The notes beneath the pieces were generated by a model, which was not told the DNA's origin, did not search any database, and saw only the letters and a list, made by a program, of their open reading frames with translations. Both the position numbers and the translations under genes were made by a program. This document shows positions 1 through 14,295 of a DNA stretch of 64,000 bases, one piece after another (within the stretch, counting starts at the first letter, position 1; the number at the start of each line of letters is the position of its first letter). Source of the stretch: Lobosporangium transversale (lineage: Eukaryota); NCBI RefSeq assembly GCF_002105155.1, contig NW_019028989.1, forward strand, positions 744,001-808,000, given 5' to 3'.

Positions 1-148
1 AAAACCAGAACAATACCAACGATGAACAATAAAAAAAAAAAAAAGAGCAGATCCAGGTTGAATAGGATCTTGGATAGGGGCAATAGCAGAACAGGGATGA
101 CATTTTTTTTATCTCCAAGGACCAAGGTTGCTATTATCATGTGTTGAC

Positions 149-179
<31 letters not shown>

Positions 180-194
180 CCTTTCACTTAATAG

Positions 195-1492
195 GCGTCA
201 CGTTATCCCCCTTAGAATCAGGACAGATACTTTGGTATTATTTTGCAGGTGTCAGTGTTCTGGCAGCAGCTGTAGGATTGTTTGGGATGTTTTCAGCTCT
301 TGCAGCCAACAGGAAGGCTGTAAAAGCATTCGAGGCGTTGTACTTTTTGGCATTGATGACACAGGTGGCTTTTGTGATCTGGGCCATGACTTGGTGCAGG
401 AAGAACAAGAGTAACTTCCTTACAGTCTGCAATGCTTCTAAAGATGGTCTGTTTGACCTCCCAGCCCCTGGATTTGTCTCGGGATGGTCCTGTGATAACA
501 TGTTCTTGGCTCTGATGCTCTCCCTTGGCTTTGGTAATGCAATTTGGCTCATTTTCCATGTAAGTATATTATTGATTTGACATAAAAAAAAGACCGCTTG
601 GGCTATTTACTATTTTAGTGGCGCATAGCCACAATGGAAAATTGGATTAGAAACAACACAAATTACATAGAGCGCAATTTATTGAGCTTGGATTGACCAA
701 TCGTACCTCTCTTCCGTATTTGAAAATAACCACTAATCCATTTAAACAATAATTCAGATTTACATGACCAATCGTGTGATCCACTACGCTCGCGAGCTCT
801 TTGCTGAGAAGGCGAACCGTTACAAGGTTCTGGGTGAGGCTGCAGTTAAGGAGCTGGATCGAGAGCAACAGATTCCTCTCAACTACACTAATATTGGAGG
901 TTCTTCAAACGACCGCGAGCCTCCTCAACCTTCATACAGTGATGAGATTGAGTACAAAAATCCTCGCTCAGATGATTATCACCAGCAATCCAGAGCTGCA
1001 GCTGCAGGTTTTGGTTCTTATGGACATGACCTGCCTTCTCATCAGCAGCAGTTCCACCAGGGTTACCAGCCTTATACTCACCAACCTGCTGCTCCTGGAT
1101 TCAGCCATCGCGACTCTACTCAAGGACTGGATCTTGTGAATCCATACTATGATGATGGAACCATCCCTGCACCTCCGCCTCCACCTGTCGCTTCGTCTGC
1201 TCCTTTCGTGACTGTGCCAGGAGTTGGTCAATCGTTTGTTCATGGGTCCACCAATAAGATTCCCTCGCCATTTGATGATGATGTACCTGTTACTACACCT
1301 CCAGCACCAGCAACAGCACAGTCACCTAGCCAGGATATCAAAGTGCCAATGCCTCCATCACCACGCGACGAAGATGTTAAATCACCATCTTATCCTCCTG
1401 TGGATCTGCTTTCGCCTACTCTTGCTACACAACAAGCTAGTGGGAGTGGCAGCAACAACAATGGAAAGAGTGGTGAACCTTATCAATTTTAA
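195..1492 (+). CDS. 5'-partial multi-pass membrane protein with Pro/Ser-rich cytoplasmic tail (exons ~195-559 and ~758-1492; start probably upstream of the window)
   Basis: ORF 128-580 holds hydrophobic helices after a TAATAG acceptor and ends at a GTAAGT donor near 560; a TTCAG acceptor near 757 leads into ORF 764-1492. Confidence 0.6.
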
Positions 1493-1619
1493 AGAAAGGG
1501 ATTTAAGAGAGCATTATTTTTTCATATCCATCAATCTTTTCGTTCTAAATACCAAATACCAAATACCAAGCAAATATACGGTGTGTTCATCATATGTAAA
1601 TAAACTACAATAACATTTC

Positions 1620-1653
<34 letters not shown>

Positions 1654-1793
1654 GTCATAAAAGCAATGTTCTCTGGTAAAGATGGATCTGCTATTATGTT
1701 GTGTGTCTGGCTTTGTTTAATAGAGATAGATCTGCAAGCCATTTTAGACCAATTTTTTTAAAAAAAAAAGACTTGTCAGCAAACTAAAAAACC

Positions 1794-1824
<31 letters not shown>

Positions 1825-1877
1825 CGTAATATCTTTTCCCGGATAATTTGTCGCTTGTTTATCCCTTTTGAACAATG

Positions 1878-1921
<44 letters not shown>

Positions 1922-2390
1922 TTAGAAACCGATAAAAGCAAACTCTTGGCTTTGGATGGGCTGTATACTGTGTGTGGCGTTGCCAATGAGAAAGGTCCTA
2001 AACGGCGGAAAAACATAATTGTTTATTTGCTCATGCAGTTCTGAGCAGATGATTCTGGAAAAGGAAGAAAGGAAGCATCGATTTCAACATTGTGTCACAC
2101 AGAGATGGAGGGGGCTGCGCAGCGGCGTGTTTTTTTTATGCTTCAAAAATGGATTCTTGGCAAACATTCGCCTTGGCCAACAATGATCACATCTACGCTA
2201 ATAAGCAAGTAGCTTTCATTTCAACTATAAAAAAAGGCCCCTCCCACCTTTTTCATTCCTGTCTTCAATTCACGTTTCTTTATCATTCAACATTTCAAGT
2301 CTACAGTAACTCAAAAGACTTTTCTTTCTTTCTTTCTTATAATTACTTTTACAATTTAAAAACAGCCTTAAAAAAGCAAATCAAACAATA

Positions 2391-3680
2391 ATGGTACACC
2401 CACTTTCAGAGATGGATCTCAAATACAAGCAACAACAAGAGCAAGAGCAACAGCAACAGTTGCTTCAGCCGCCACAGCCACAGCCACAGCCACAAGACTT
2501 TAACAGAGCAGGCTCAATACAAACATCCATGCCAGGATCCTTCCCTTCTCATCCTGTCGTTTGCTCTAATGAAGTTTCAACAACGTCTTCAGGCACGGTC
2601 CGGCGTCCGTGCCATTCCCTTTCCTCTTCTTCATCTTGGTCATCTTGTTCATCTGCATCCTCTGCGTCCCGTGCTGCGTACAAGGCGCTGAAGAAGAGTA
2701 TCAAAGCTGAAGCCAGAGCTGTCAAGAATGAAGCTCGCGCACTCAAGAAGGAATCTAAATATCAATCCAAGGAAGCTAAACGTGAAGCCAAAATCCAGGC
2801 TAAGTTACTTGACAAGGAGACTCATCAACAGACCAAAGAAGCTTTGAAACTTGCAAAGAAGGAGATCCACCAGCAGACCAAAGACGCTTTGAAAGTTGCA
2901 AAGAAGTCATGGAAAGCCTATAAAAAAGAATATATGGAGAGTTGTCACAAGAACAATAGTGACAGCAATAATCGCAACAACAGTAATAATTACAACTCTA
3001 GCGACTATGGAAGACGTCGGTGCAACTATAATTACAGTTATAGCTATGGTCACGGTCACGGTCAAGGTCGTCAGGATTACTGCAGACGTCGACAGTACTC
3101 TACACCAACAACTCCCTTCAGCCTCGCTCGCATTGGTTCACAGATAGTTTCCAAAGCTGTAGAACGAAGCATAAACATTATTGAAGGAGCGAACTCAAAC
3201 CATCATCGCAACTCTCAGCAATATCCTCATCGTCATGAACTCTCTTCGCCACAGGTAGTGATTGTCTCGCCGCCACCATTGACTAGTGCGGCTCAGGTGC
3301 AAATACAAGCTCCAGTGACCACTCCTGCAGCTATTACAAATAGTACACTATCCTCATTTTACAACAAGCCGATCGCTCCTCAGGATCCCCTCATTTGTGC
3401 CATGGCAAATCTATCTGTTCACCATCCTACTCCTTCTGTGCCATGTTACCCTCCTTCCTCATCGCCATCGTCTGCATTACGATCCTCATCCACAACAACA
3501 GCAGCAATGATGACAAGTCCTATGAGACTGCCTTCATCATCATCACCTACTGCACCTATCGTCCCTATGGCGACCCCACGGCCTGACCTTGAAGCATTCC
3601 AAAGCCAAGATGACGATTTAGAAGACAGATCCATTCCTCCACCTCCATACGAAGCCTCTATTGCAGCTGCAAGGCGTTGA
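2391..3680 (+). CDS. Hypothetical low-complexity protein with a Lys/Glu coiled-coil and a C-terminal PPxY motif
   Basis: 429-aa uninterrupted ORF; internal duplication KETHQQTKEALKLAKK / KEIHQQTKDALKVAKK; PPPPYE near the C-terminus. Confidence 0.65.
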   Translation: MVHPLSEMDLKYKQQQEQEQQQQLLQPPQPQPQPQDFNRAGSIQTSMPGSFPSHPVVCSNEVSTTSSGTVRRPCHSLSSSSSWSSCSSASSASRAAYKALKKSIKAEARAVKNEARALKKESKYQSKEAKREAKIQAKLLDKETHQQTKEALKLAKKEIHQQTKDALKVAKKSWKAYKKEYMESCHKNNSDSNNRNNSNNYNSSDYGRRRCNYNYSYSYGHGHGQGRQDYCRRRQYSTPTTPFSLARIGSQIVSKAVERSINIIEGANSNHHRNSQQYPHRHELSSPQVVIVSPPPLTSAAQVQIQAPVTTPAAITNSTLSSFYNKPIAPQDPLICAMANLSVHHPTPSVPCYPPSSSPSSALRSSSTTTAAMMTSPMRLPSSSSPTAPIVPMATPRPDLEAFQSQDDDLEDRSIPPPPYEASIAAARR

Positions 3681-3990
3681 AGGGGATATACATAGTTGCT
3701 TTTATCTGCCTAATTCTCTACATGTATATTTCTCAAAAACGTATAATATTTATGATTTAACGTGTGTATTTGAAAATAATAAAAAACAAGTTATTAATAA
3801 TAGTCAATTAATGTGCCTTGCTATGTATGCTATATTATATTACAGTTTTTTTTTATGCTTGTTCGCTTGTTCGTTTGTTTGCTTGCTTCGCCGCTTATTT
3901 GAGTTTCGGAGTAAGGAGTATCAGGACTGCATTTTTTAGCATCTAATATCAATATTACCGGCATAAGAGATAAAGGCACAAACAGTGATG

Positions 3991-6990
3991 TTATTGTTTG
4001 ACAGCCTTGGGTCTTGGTAAAGCATCTAATGAAAGACGTGGTCGTGTATGATCGTCTACGAACGAGGCCTTGGGCACGGTTTGTCGATTATTACGCTTAA
4101 CAACATTCTGCGAGGGGTATTGCCCATTACCATGACCATACGCTAAGCTCGTAGATGCGATCTCATTAGACTGGTTCTCAAAATCATACCGATAAGAGTC
4201 TGTACTCCTTCGAGGGGACGAAAAGGAAAGACGATCATTAGCATCACTCGAGAATGAGGAGCGTGGGACTACTGGCGATACGCTTGCTGTGATAGCGTTA
4301 GTGTTGCCTGTGGTAGTCATTGCCGTATTCCCTGTCAATGAAATGATCGCTGGGGTAGAGTCAAGGATTGCAGCAGTGGACGTATAACCAGGGGCAGGAG
4401 AGGATAATGAAGGTCGCGAGGCATCCATACTCCGCCTCAGAGCAGTGGCAAGTCCACCTTCCCTCACTGCTGAGGTGGAAAATGAGGCTCTAGCGGTGTC
4501 AACTGTGGGCAATTGTCGGCTAGAGGACGAGCGAGGGAGGTCTTTACTGTCTCTGCTATGTTGCCCATTGCTTAAATGAAAAAGATCACTCCCATTGCGG
4601 TTTCTAGCAGCAATAGGGGTTCCATCATCTGTAGAACGTGAATAATGATGGTGTTGGTGCTGCCGCTGTTGCACCCTTGAATCAAATGAAGTATCAGTAG
4701 TATTTATTTCAGGTTGTTGCTTTGCTTCTCCAAAAGGCGATGGAGCAACAATGTCCCAGTTAGGAGTAGGGCTAGTCGTCGTAGCAGCAGTGACGGTAGC
4801 AACATTTGGCTCTGGCTGCGATCCTGACAGATACGTTGTATCACTTAGATCTCGCTGCAGCAATCGGTTGAGATGATGATGTGTAGTATCCTCACGCTGG
4901 ATCAAATCTCTTTGAGGCTCATTACTCTGTCGGTGTTGTTGCTGATTGAATACCTCATCATAGCCGTATGAAATAGGTGTTAAGTTCCTATTCTTCCCCT
5001 CTGGAGCATGACCATATTTTTCTTCAGAGATGTCAATTTGTATATGATCATCATTAAACCTAGTGCTCGCCGCTGGCTTCCAACTACCATGCTCGTACCC
5101 ATGCCCTTCTTCATGCTCTTGTTCATACCCACCTCGTGCTGTGTGAATGTTATTATCCCCCATGTTACATTTCTCCTTGGGCATTGCTGTTATTGCTCTA
5201 TCCTGAAAGCCATGATGGCGGTAGCCGTTTGAATTACTACTACTGCCAGCTCCGTCGCCACTGTCGGTGCTATCCCTCCCATCAGTATGCGAATAAAGCG
5301 CTGCTGATCCATGTTCGCCGGAGGAGTCAGCTTTGCTCTTTCCAGCGTTACGACGGCGAAGCACCAATGGTCGAACAACATACATTAAAATCAGGCCACA
5401 AACCGTTGCTGAGAGGATACCGACAATAGCTCCAAAGACAGGCTTGGACAAGGCCAAGTGCTTTGACCCTGAAGGAGGAGATGCATCTCCAATTGAAGGC
5501 GAAATACTGACCATGAAATCAGTAATCACATTACTACCTCCTTGTTGACCCGCTTTGCCCGTAGCTGTAGTGCTATGAACTGCTGTTTCTTTGAGATGTT
5601 TGAGGGCCTCTGGGGGATGCATAAGAGAAGCAGGGCCAAGAAGCATTTGGAATAAATATTCGGCTGTTCCTTGATCTGCCATCGCTACCGTAGATGGGAA
5701 TCGAAGCGTTGCTTGGGAATCATCAGCATTAACAGTAGCAACAGTAGTCCCTAGGCTTTGCTGCCTTCCAAGCATGCCTCTATTAATCTTTTCTTGAGAG
5801 TAAGTTTCTCCACGTCGGTTAAGGAGGCGAGCTGAGCCGACAATGACGGGATGGAGCAACTTGTAAAGGAGAGGTTCATAATCATCATTCTCGTTTATAT
5901 TACTGTTGCTGCCAATATCGCTTCTACGGTGAATGCTAGCGCCTTCGCTGCCATCTCCTCCTTTATCGCCTTCACCACCGCTTCCACTACCGCCGTTAGA
6001 GTCACTATTACCACCACCTTCTTTACCCCCATTATTATTACCATTGCCGGGGGGTTGTGTTGAGGTTGCAACAGGAGAACCCTGTGTGGTGGTAGTTGTG
6101 ACCGCGGGTGCAGCAACTGCTGTTGATGAGGAAGAAAATGAAATTGGTGCTCCTGTGGTTGCGACCGTGGCTGTGACGGTGGCGGCAGTTGTTGTCGTTA
6201 CTATCACTGTTGCTGTTGCTGTTGCCGTTGTTGTTGTTGCTAATGTTGTTGCTGCTATTGGAACTGATGTAGAGATGGAGTGAGGTAGCGGGCTAGGGAA
6301 GATACAGGATGTCTGGTTGTAGATTAGGACCGCTTGAGGATTAGAGCCTTCAAGATTAGCAAGCTTAGTTGTGAGTGAGCACCCAGCACAGTCCAGAAAT
6401 GCGACCCATGCACGATCAATCCTGTCTGTGACCTTCTCATTACACAACTTTCCGACGTCGTACAAGCGACCCTGTTTAAGATTATAAAGAGCTCCTTTGT
6501 TAATAATGTGTTTTGTGTAAAAAAAAAAAAAAAATAAGAAAAACAAAATAGATCTCTTGGTTGAGTAAATCTTTATGTCATCCATAGGCTAGTTTACCCG
6601 TATGCCGGTTGCTCCAGGACGAGGTGTTCCATCGACAATCTTGATATTGCTAAAGAGCTTTGATTCTGGTGGAGAACAAACTGGAACACTCAATGCACTT
6701 GGTCCACTTCCTTTTCCATTTGCGGACGTAGTATCGGATCTTGTGCCTGCTACTACTCCTGCTGCTGCTGAAGATGCTGTGGTAGTGGCGGCGCCCATGG
6801 GATGATTTTCTTCAGCTGTACAAGAGATCAAGTTGGTCTGGAGCTCAAAATTGGTCGTTGAAGCTTTGTTTGCACTGATAACCGAAGCAGCGACTCGATG
6901 ATGTATATCATTTTTGGCGGGCCATGACCATATCGAGACAAGCAGGACCACTGTACGGATGCTGATGATGGATTTCGGGATGCACTTCAT
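3991..6990 (-). CDS. Type I membrane protein: signal peptide, PA-domain-like segment, Ser/Thr-rich linker, one TM helix, long disordered tail (2 exons, intron ~6470-6597)
   Basis: ORFs 6589-6990 and 3991-6585 join via a GTAAAC donor and an AAACAG acceptor; GRLYDVGKLC...WVAFLDC..CSL..KL.N......AVLIYN resembles a protease-associated domain; TM VFGAIVGILSATVCGLILMYVV followed by RRR. Confidence 0.65.
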
Positions 6991-8731
6991 GTTTATTATT
7001 TATTTGTGTATTTTTTTCTTATAAAAAAAAAAAAGTATAATATTATTGCTATTGAGGAAGAGGTACGTTTGAAAGGTTGGTTATTAAGACTGGGTAGAGG
7101 ATAGGAGAACTACGACTTGGGGCACCCAGGCCAAGAAGATAGAGCTGCGGAAATGAAGAAGAGAGAGAGTAGGCAAAGTGATGTGGTATGTGGCAAATCT
7201 CCCTTCCCACGACGGGATGAACGGAAACGAACAAAAACTATTCGATAGGTAGAAAATGTCTGGTAAGGATAAATTGAATTGTGGTTCCAGACTTTAGAAT
7301 TTGGGACGACAATAAAGACAAAAGCAATTGAGTAAAAGAGATAGGTGGGGATGGAAGGGAGCAGCATAACTGTCGCGACAGACAATTTTTTTTTTTTTTC
7401 CCGATGTTACACAAACGGTCTATATCGCGAGATTCTGATGGAGAACAGGTCTGATGCGATTCTTAACCTTGCAAGTGTGCAAAGTCAACACAAGAGAAAG
7501 CTTGCTTTGCTTTGTTTAGTATGATTAGGCATGTTCAATAACGTAATTTAAAAGGACAGACCAGGTTTAACACAGCACAATATTCCAATGTTTTGGGATT
7601 AATATAAAACACGAACAGAATAAAAGCTCATTGCAAAAAATATAGAGATGTATGCATGTATATCATGTATATTTATACTATGCACACAATGGTGCAATCT
7701 CACCACACTTGTCCGATATTTTGTTCAGATGGGATCGGATCTATAGCCTGCGCCATGATCGCACGCCATCTACGCAGATTGACAGCTAATACATTTTTTT
7801 ATCTAGTTTCTTACATGTACATGCAGAGTGGCTATTGTGTTCCCACTTACCCGCATACACTCATCTTATGTATGCTTTGAGGCATTTTTTATTCAACTCC
7901 AAAAAATAAACACCACCACCTTTTCGCTGTGGTGCAATCTGTCCTGTAAAAAAGAAGAGAGACAAATTAAAGACAATGATAAGCCTACGTCTATGAGCAT
8001 TATCAAGAGATGATATAAAACCATGACACGCATTTACACCGAATAGCCCCGGGCGAGAATGATGATGGGTCAATGAGGATCAAAGGAAGAGAGAGTGAAA
8101 GCTATCAAATAATAGGGGACATGTTGTGTTATGTCATTAGCATGAGAGGGGTAAATAATTATGCGCGGTGTCTTATCGTAATTAGTATCTCAAGTGTCTT
8201 CTCTTGACTAAAGGAGATATTAGTGAAGCACAAGGGTCCATGTGGGGTCAAGCAAGGGCTTACATTCACACATCTAAACACATGGCCAGTGCGCCATTTT
8301 TTTTTTTTTTTTTTTTTTTTTAATCCTCTGTCGAAGAAAAGGGTGTGATAGCTTGCCCGCATTTGCGTTACACACAGCACATGCACAAGGGCAAAACTTT
8401 TTTTTTTATTTTTATTTTTTTATTGGATAAATAGCCCATTCATTGCCATTGCCACAAATATCCCTTCATTGCCTCTTTGTTCATCCTCATTCTCATTTAC
8501 TTTCCTTCATCCTCATTCAACAACAAAAACAAAAGTCATGGCAACAGTTATTCTCATTCTTTCTTAGCTCATCCATTACTCCGCTCGGAATAAAAAAATA
8601 TTTCGTTTCCTTTTTTTTTATATCAGGGTCCAAGCATTCCATCATATCCTCTCTATTCTCTTATTCTCTTCTGACTTGAGTTTTACCTAACTGAGGACTA
8701 ACCTTGAGAAACATAAAGGAAACTCCCTAAC

Positions 8732-11300
8732 ATGCAATTGACATACCCGGCTAACAAAGTCTCGACGTCTGCTCGTGCTGCGTCCTTCCTGGCTGCTTGT
8801 GCGGTTGCTCTTGTCTCTGGAACGCCCTACCTCTACTCCACCTACGCTAATCAACTTACCTCCAAGCTCTCGCTGAATGCAATCCAATCCAATGTAATGA
8901 AAACCCCACAACAAACCCTGTTTGTTTTTCTGTGTTCCCATGTCAAAAGGGGCTCATTCTTTCACTCTATTTTATTATTGATCTGCTTCATTGACCCAAC
9001 ATTCTGATTCTTCTTCCTCAATCACATTTATAAAAAAAAAAAAGATTGTAGGAGCCGGTGTTCACTATGGGCTTTTCCTCTCAGGTAAGAAAAAAAAGAA
9101 AAAGAAAAAGAAGATGAAATGATGAGCCAAGCATCTTTTCATAAATGATTTCTCCTTTCTCTTTTCCCACTCCGTTGAATTGATGGGATATTGTAGGACA
9201 GACGAGAAAGAAAACAACAACAACTACAGTAGGGGGTTTGGTAAAGAAATTGATCGGCAAAATCGCTTACGCTGAATGGTTCTTTTTTTATTTTTATTTT
9301 ATTATTTTATTTTACGCTCCTGTGCGTTCATAGGTCCGCTCTTTGGGCGCTTGGTTGATATCCGTGGACCAAGAGCGTAAGTCACTCTGGTTTTCTTTTT
9401 TTGAGTTTTTTTATATAATCCACGTACACACACATATACCTGCATTCTATACTTTCGGCATGGGACATGATTACATCTTGCATAGTTCATAGTTTAAACT
9501 AATCAACAGACAGATAAAAAGTATGGCGTCAATGCCATCTTTTGGTTGAGGAATACAGATCTTCCATTTCTGTAAAATATCGCATCAGACCGTGAGAGGA
9601 TGAGCATAACAAAAAAAAAAAAAAGAGATGGTTCAACATTCTTTCCTCCCCCCATCAGCTTTATTCCACTTTCGCTTCCCGCACAGACAATTTGCCTACA
9701 AACATGAGCATAGAAAAAAAAGAAAAAAACTTGTCCCGCTGTGCATATCTCTTGTCGATCATATCCATTGAATTTCTTGTCCCGTAGATTTTATTTTCTG
9801 CTTTCTAACTTTATCTCTTCTGTCCCACCTTTTTCTATTTGTAAACATGATGGCATTCTTCAAAATCAAAGTGCTGGAATCTTTGCAGCAGGACTGTTGG
9901 TCGCAGGATATTCAGGTCTCGCTCTCACGTACTCGGGCCTGTTTAATTCATTCGGCTTTTTCACCGCCTTCTTTTTCCTGATATTCGTGGGAATGGGAAG
10001 TCAAGCAGGCTACATGACAGCTGTAAGCACAAATGCTCACAATTTCCATTCTGCTCGAGGAATCGCAATGGGGGTTCCCATTGCATGCTTTGGTCTATCG
10101 GCCCTCTTGTTTGCTCAGATCAACAATCAGTGGTTCAAGCATGATACTCAGGGCTTTTTGTTATTGGTGGCCAAGTTGATCGGAAGCGTCATCTTGTGCT
10201 CGATTCTGTTCCTGAGAATCTTTCCTGGTGAAAGTGATGATGATATCGATCCAGAAGCTGTCGCTGCCGCTACACATCAACACCACCATTATCTTAACAA
10301 TGGTCATTCTCATCGCGACGAGGATGAGGATGACGAGGCAGCAGAACGTCGCAGGAGAATCCAGGAGCAACAGAGACTTTTACCACCTAATTCTCCTCGC
10401 CAATCGAATTGCAGCTCTCACTCTAGCGAATCAACTGTGGCAGTGGGGCAGCCACAGCACGTACCTCCATCGCCAACACAGTCGGCTTTGAGTGGTTTCA
10501 AATTGTTCACTACAGCTCATGTCGCAAAGCTATTATTCTTGAGTATTTTGTTCCTTTCAGGACCAGGTTTGATGTATGTGACGAATGCTGGCAACATTAT
10601 CCGATCGATCTATAGAGATCGTGTGGAGGATCCTACAGTTCCTCCTACTGAAGAAGAACTACTCAAGTTGCAACAGCTACAGAACTATCATGTCTCTTTG
10701 ATCAGTCTTTGTTCTTGTTTGGGTCGGATTTCTGTTGGTTTGATGTCGGATGTGGGCAAGCGAGGCAACGGTCGATGGTGGGGGATTAACCGGATTGGAT
10801 TCTTGCTTTATGCGGGTGTCTGTGTCTGGTTGGGCCAGACCTTTGGAGCTGCTGTGACCGAGATTGAGGATCTGGCCAAGGTCTCGATCCTTGTTGGCTT
10901 AGGTTATGGCAGCGTTTTTGGTGAGTCATATATCTGTATAGCATCTAGAAAAGGGGTCTATAAGGTTTAATTTATTAATGCCATATCTTTTTCTAATTTT
11001 TTTTTTTTTTTCTTCCCTTCCTTCTAACCAGGTGTTGCACCGACGATTGTTAGTGAGTGGTTTGGGGTCGGAAACTTTGGAACTAATTGGGGGTGGATTT
11101 CTGTTGGCAACGCAATCGGAGGTCAATTCTTCAATCTACTTTTTGGAACGTTGTATGATCTAGAGGCACAGCATGAACAAACGCTCCAATGTTTCGGAAT
11201 TGAGTGTTTTCACACATCGTTTGTGTTGGGAACATGCTCAACATTTTTAGGCGTAGCTGTACTTGCTTATCTGACCTACATTACTCGGCGAACATATTGA
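8732..11300 (+). CDS. MFS transporter, Mch1/nodulin-like family (5 exons)
   Basis: Spliced reading: SGTPYLYSTYANQL...SN|IVGAGVHYGLFLSG|PLFGRLVDIRGPR|...ARGIAMGVPIACFGLSA...LGRISVGLMSD...GYGSVFG|VAPTIVSEWFGVGNFGTNWG...TRRTY* (TGA ends at 11300). Confidence 0.9.
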
Positions 11301-11507
11301 AATCAAACAACTGCTTAAAACCCATCTTTATCCCTATCTTTCTCATTCTATTATTTCCAAAGACTACTACTAAATAGAAAAAAAAGAAAAAAAAAAGTTG
11401 TACATGTAAAGTAATGTTAAAATAAAAAAAAATGGACAATCTTGCATTCAATCCCCTCATTTCTTTTTCTCTATTATTTTTATTCTTTCTATCAAGTAAC
11501 CAGGCTC

Positions 11508-12961
11508 TTAGTTGCCCGACGGCTCCACAGAACCAGAGTCTTGGTCTTTCTTGGCCCTCATGCCCGCCACAAACTTGCGGAAATTGACGTTTATCTTGGC
11601 ACTTGCTGCAAATGATCCTCCTCCGCTTCCTGATTGAGGGCTCGTGACTGCTGAGCCCCCGGCACCTGCAACCCCAGAGCCTGCACCAACGTTAGAGTCC
11701 CTGTCCTGGCCTAATCCAAACAATCCACCACTACTATTACCTATAGATTGTTCACCACTAGTCCTTGCGCTCCCAGGAGAATTTGAGTGTTGAGCCGCCA
11801 ATGCTGCGAACGGGCTATGGCTAAGAATACTAGAGGTAACAATGTTTCCAAGCTGATATGGGCTGTTATCCCGACCGCTATTATTTCCACTAGCTCCACT
11901 AGGTGTCATCAACCCTACTGGACTACCACTCGATGATGATGAAGAGCCTCCGACCCCACCAAGCACAATGCCCGTCATATTTCCTACTAGCCCTGCGGAA
12001 GGCCCTACAACGCCTTGATTTGAGATATGAGCCGGCATGCTCTGTAGTAACGACATGACTGCAGAGTTATCCGAAAGGCTCTCCATCCCGACCTGTTTCT
12101 TTTGAAACAGGTCAACCATCTGTTGTTGTTCTGATCGCTTGAGACCCTTGAGCTCAAGGATGCGTTGAAAGTTCGCCAGATTCCGATCACCGATCAAGAG
12201 GAAGTAGTGATCAATGAACATATCCACGGGTTCATGTGGACTCATCGCTGTCTTGAGCACAGTCTCAATCTTGCCTAAGCCTCGGGTCACAAATTTGATA
12301 AATCTTGAATTCAAAAGTCAACACCTGTAGATTGTAAGAGTATAACAAAAAAAAAAAAAGTAAACCTTGATACTTACGATGCTGGCACAGGTACAGATGA
12401 TTCTGACCCGAGATTGGGGATCTCCAACAAGAGAGATTTGACGGCTTGTGTGTCAAGGAGCATCTGCTCCGCTCCAATTTCTGAAATTGGCTTGCACTTT
12501 GTGAGATTAATCGCGAACCTTGCAACAAACGACCTAACGTGTATCCAGACACATATACACAAAAAAAAAAAAAAAAGAAAAAAAAAAAAAAAAAAAGAAA
12601 AAAGAAAAGGAAAAGTAAAAGAAAAAGGCAAAAAAGATGATGGAGGGATCGTTGGCATTGTGTTTCTCTTGAGCTAAATTGACATATTCATCTCCACAAT
12701 GCAGTCTATTATATATGTGTGGCCAGACTTACTCAATGAACTTGTCACAGAATGTTCTAAAATATCTCTTGTTGGTGATCAGTTCCTGAATAGCGCCTAC
12801 ACATGTCTTGAGCGTTGCCTGGATCATAGAGACGTATCCAGACTGGTCACCAACATTTTCGATGGTTGCCCAAGGAAGTTTTGCCATCGACTGCAGTGCT
12901 GGTTCGTAATGGTTCTCTACAGCTCGAACCAATGCCTTTGTGCAGGCAGAGATGATGCTGA

Positions 12962-12999
<38 letters not shown>

Positions 13000-13711
13000 C
13001 GATATGAGCGATCTCATCGTTTGGAAATGATATTTATACACTATCAAACAAAATAAACGTATTATTCACATTATCTCGTTTTTTACTTACTGCAGAAAGG
13101 CCTGTCGTTCTGGTTCCATGTTGATTTGATCCACGAACCCAGGATCGATATTAGCCCATAGCCTTTCCTCAAGCTGTGTGTGTGTGAGGGAGACGAATTC
13201 CAAAGCGGGTCAAAAAGGAAGAAATGGGGTTAATAAATCATACTGTACCCTACTATCCATAAATTGAATGATATTAAGGTGGGTCAATTGTAACCTGCCT
13301 GGCTGGTGGTCGCGAGTGAATAATCGGCAGTGTTAAGAATGATACATATTGAGCGGAGGTACTCTCTGTTGATAGGTCTCTTGTCTCCTCTATCCCAAGT
13401 CAAAAAAAATAAAAATAAAATAAAATAATCAACATTGTCGCTATAAGCTTATAGTAAATGGAAATAAAAAAAATTAAGCTTACTGTTTAGGAAGCTTGCT
13501 TAGGAGGACATCATTCGCATATACACGCAGCCATTTTCCAAATACTGAGCTCAAATCCAAAAACGGTTTCTTTCGTGAGAGTTTTGCGCAATTAGTCAAA
13601 GCCGATCTGTAGAACAAAAAGATATCTGTACTCGAGGCCAAAACTGTAACAGATATATCATCCTCTGGTACTGGCTCCTGAAGTTTGAAGCTCTTGATCT
13701 TTTCTTCCAAA

Positions 13712-13747
<36 letters not shown>

Positions 13748-14257
13748 AAAAAAAAAAAAAGAAAAAAAGAAAAAGAAAAAGAAAATAAAATGCATAGTTA
13801 GCTAGTCTAGTTAATAACATTTGTAGGACCTTGCAGATACAAAGTAAAGTGAGAGTTATAAACATACCTATCTTCTGCATCGATGTAAAGACTCAAGTAT
13901 GGCTCAAAACATGATGATATGCTTTCAGCAAAGCCTGCAGTGTCTGATTCTTCGTTCAGGGCATAGTTCACATCCTGCATAAAAAAGTAGGACTTTCCGG
14001 ATGAGTATTTGCACAGCGGAGCAAAACATATTCGACAAAAAAAAAAAAAAAAAAAAAAAGTCGATATCTTACCCTGCTTATGAAGCGGTTTTCCAGTTGT
14101 GTTTCGAATTCCAAGGTAATCTGCAGCACCTGTAAGAGTAGTGACACTTCCACAGTTGAGGCTGACTTGGCTAAAATGTCGGACAGATCATCCCTATTTG
14201 TTTCCGATGTTATCCGCAATAGGCAGTCAATAAGAATAAGGTATCAGTTCCCGGCTC

Positions 14258-14295
<38 letters not shown>

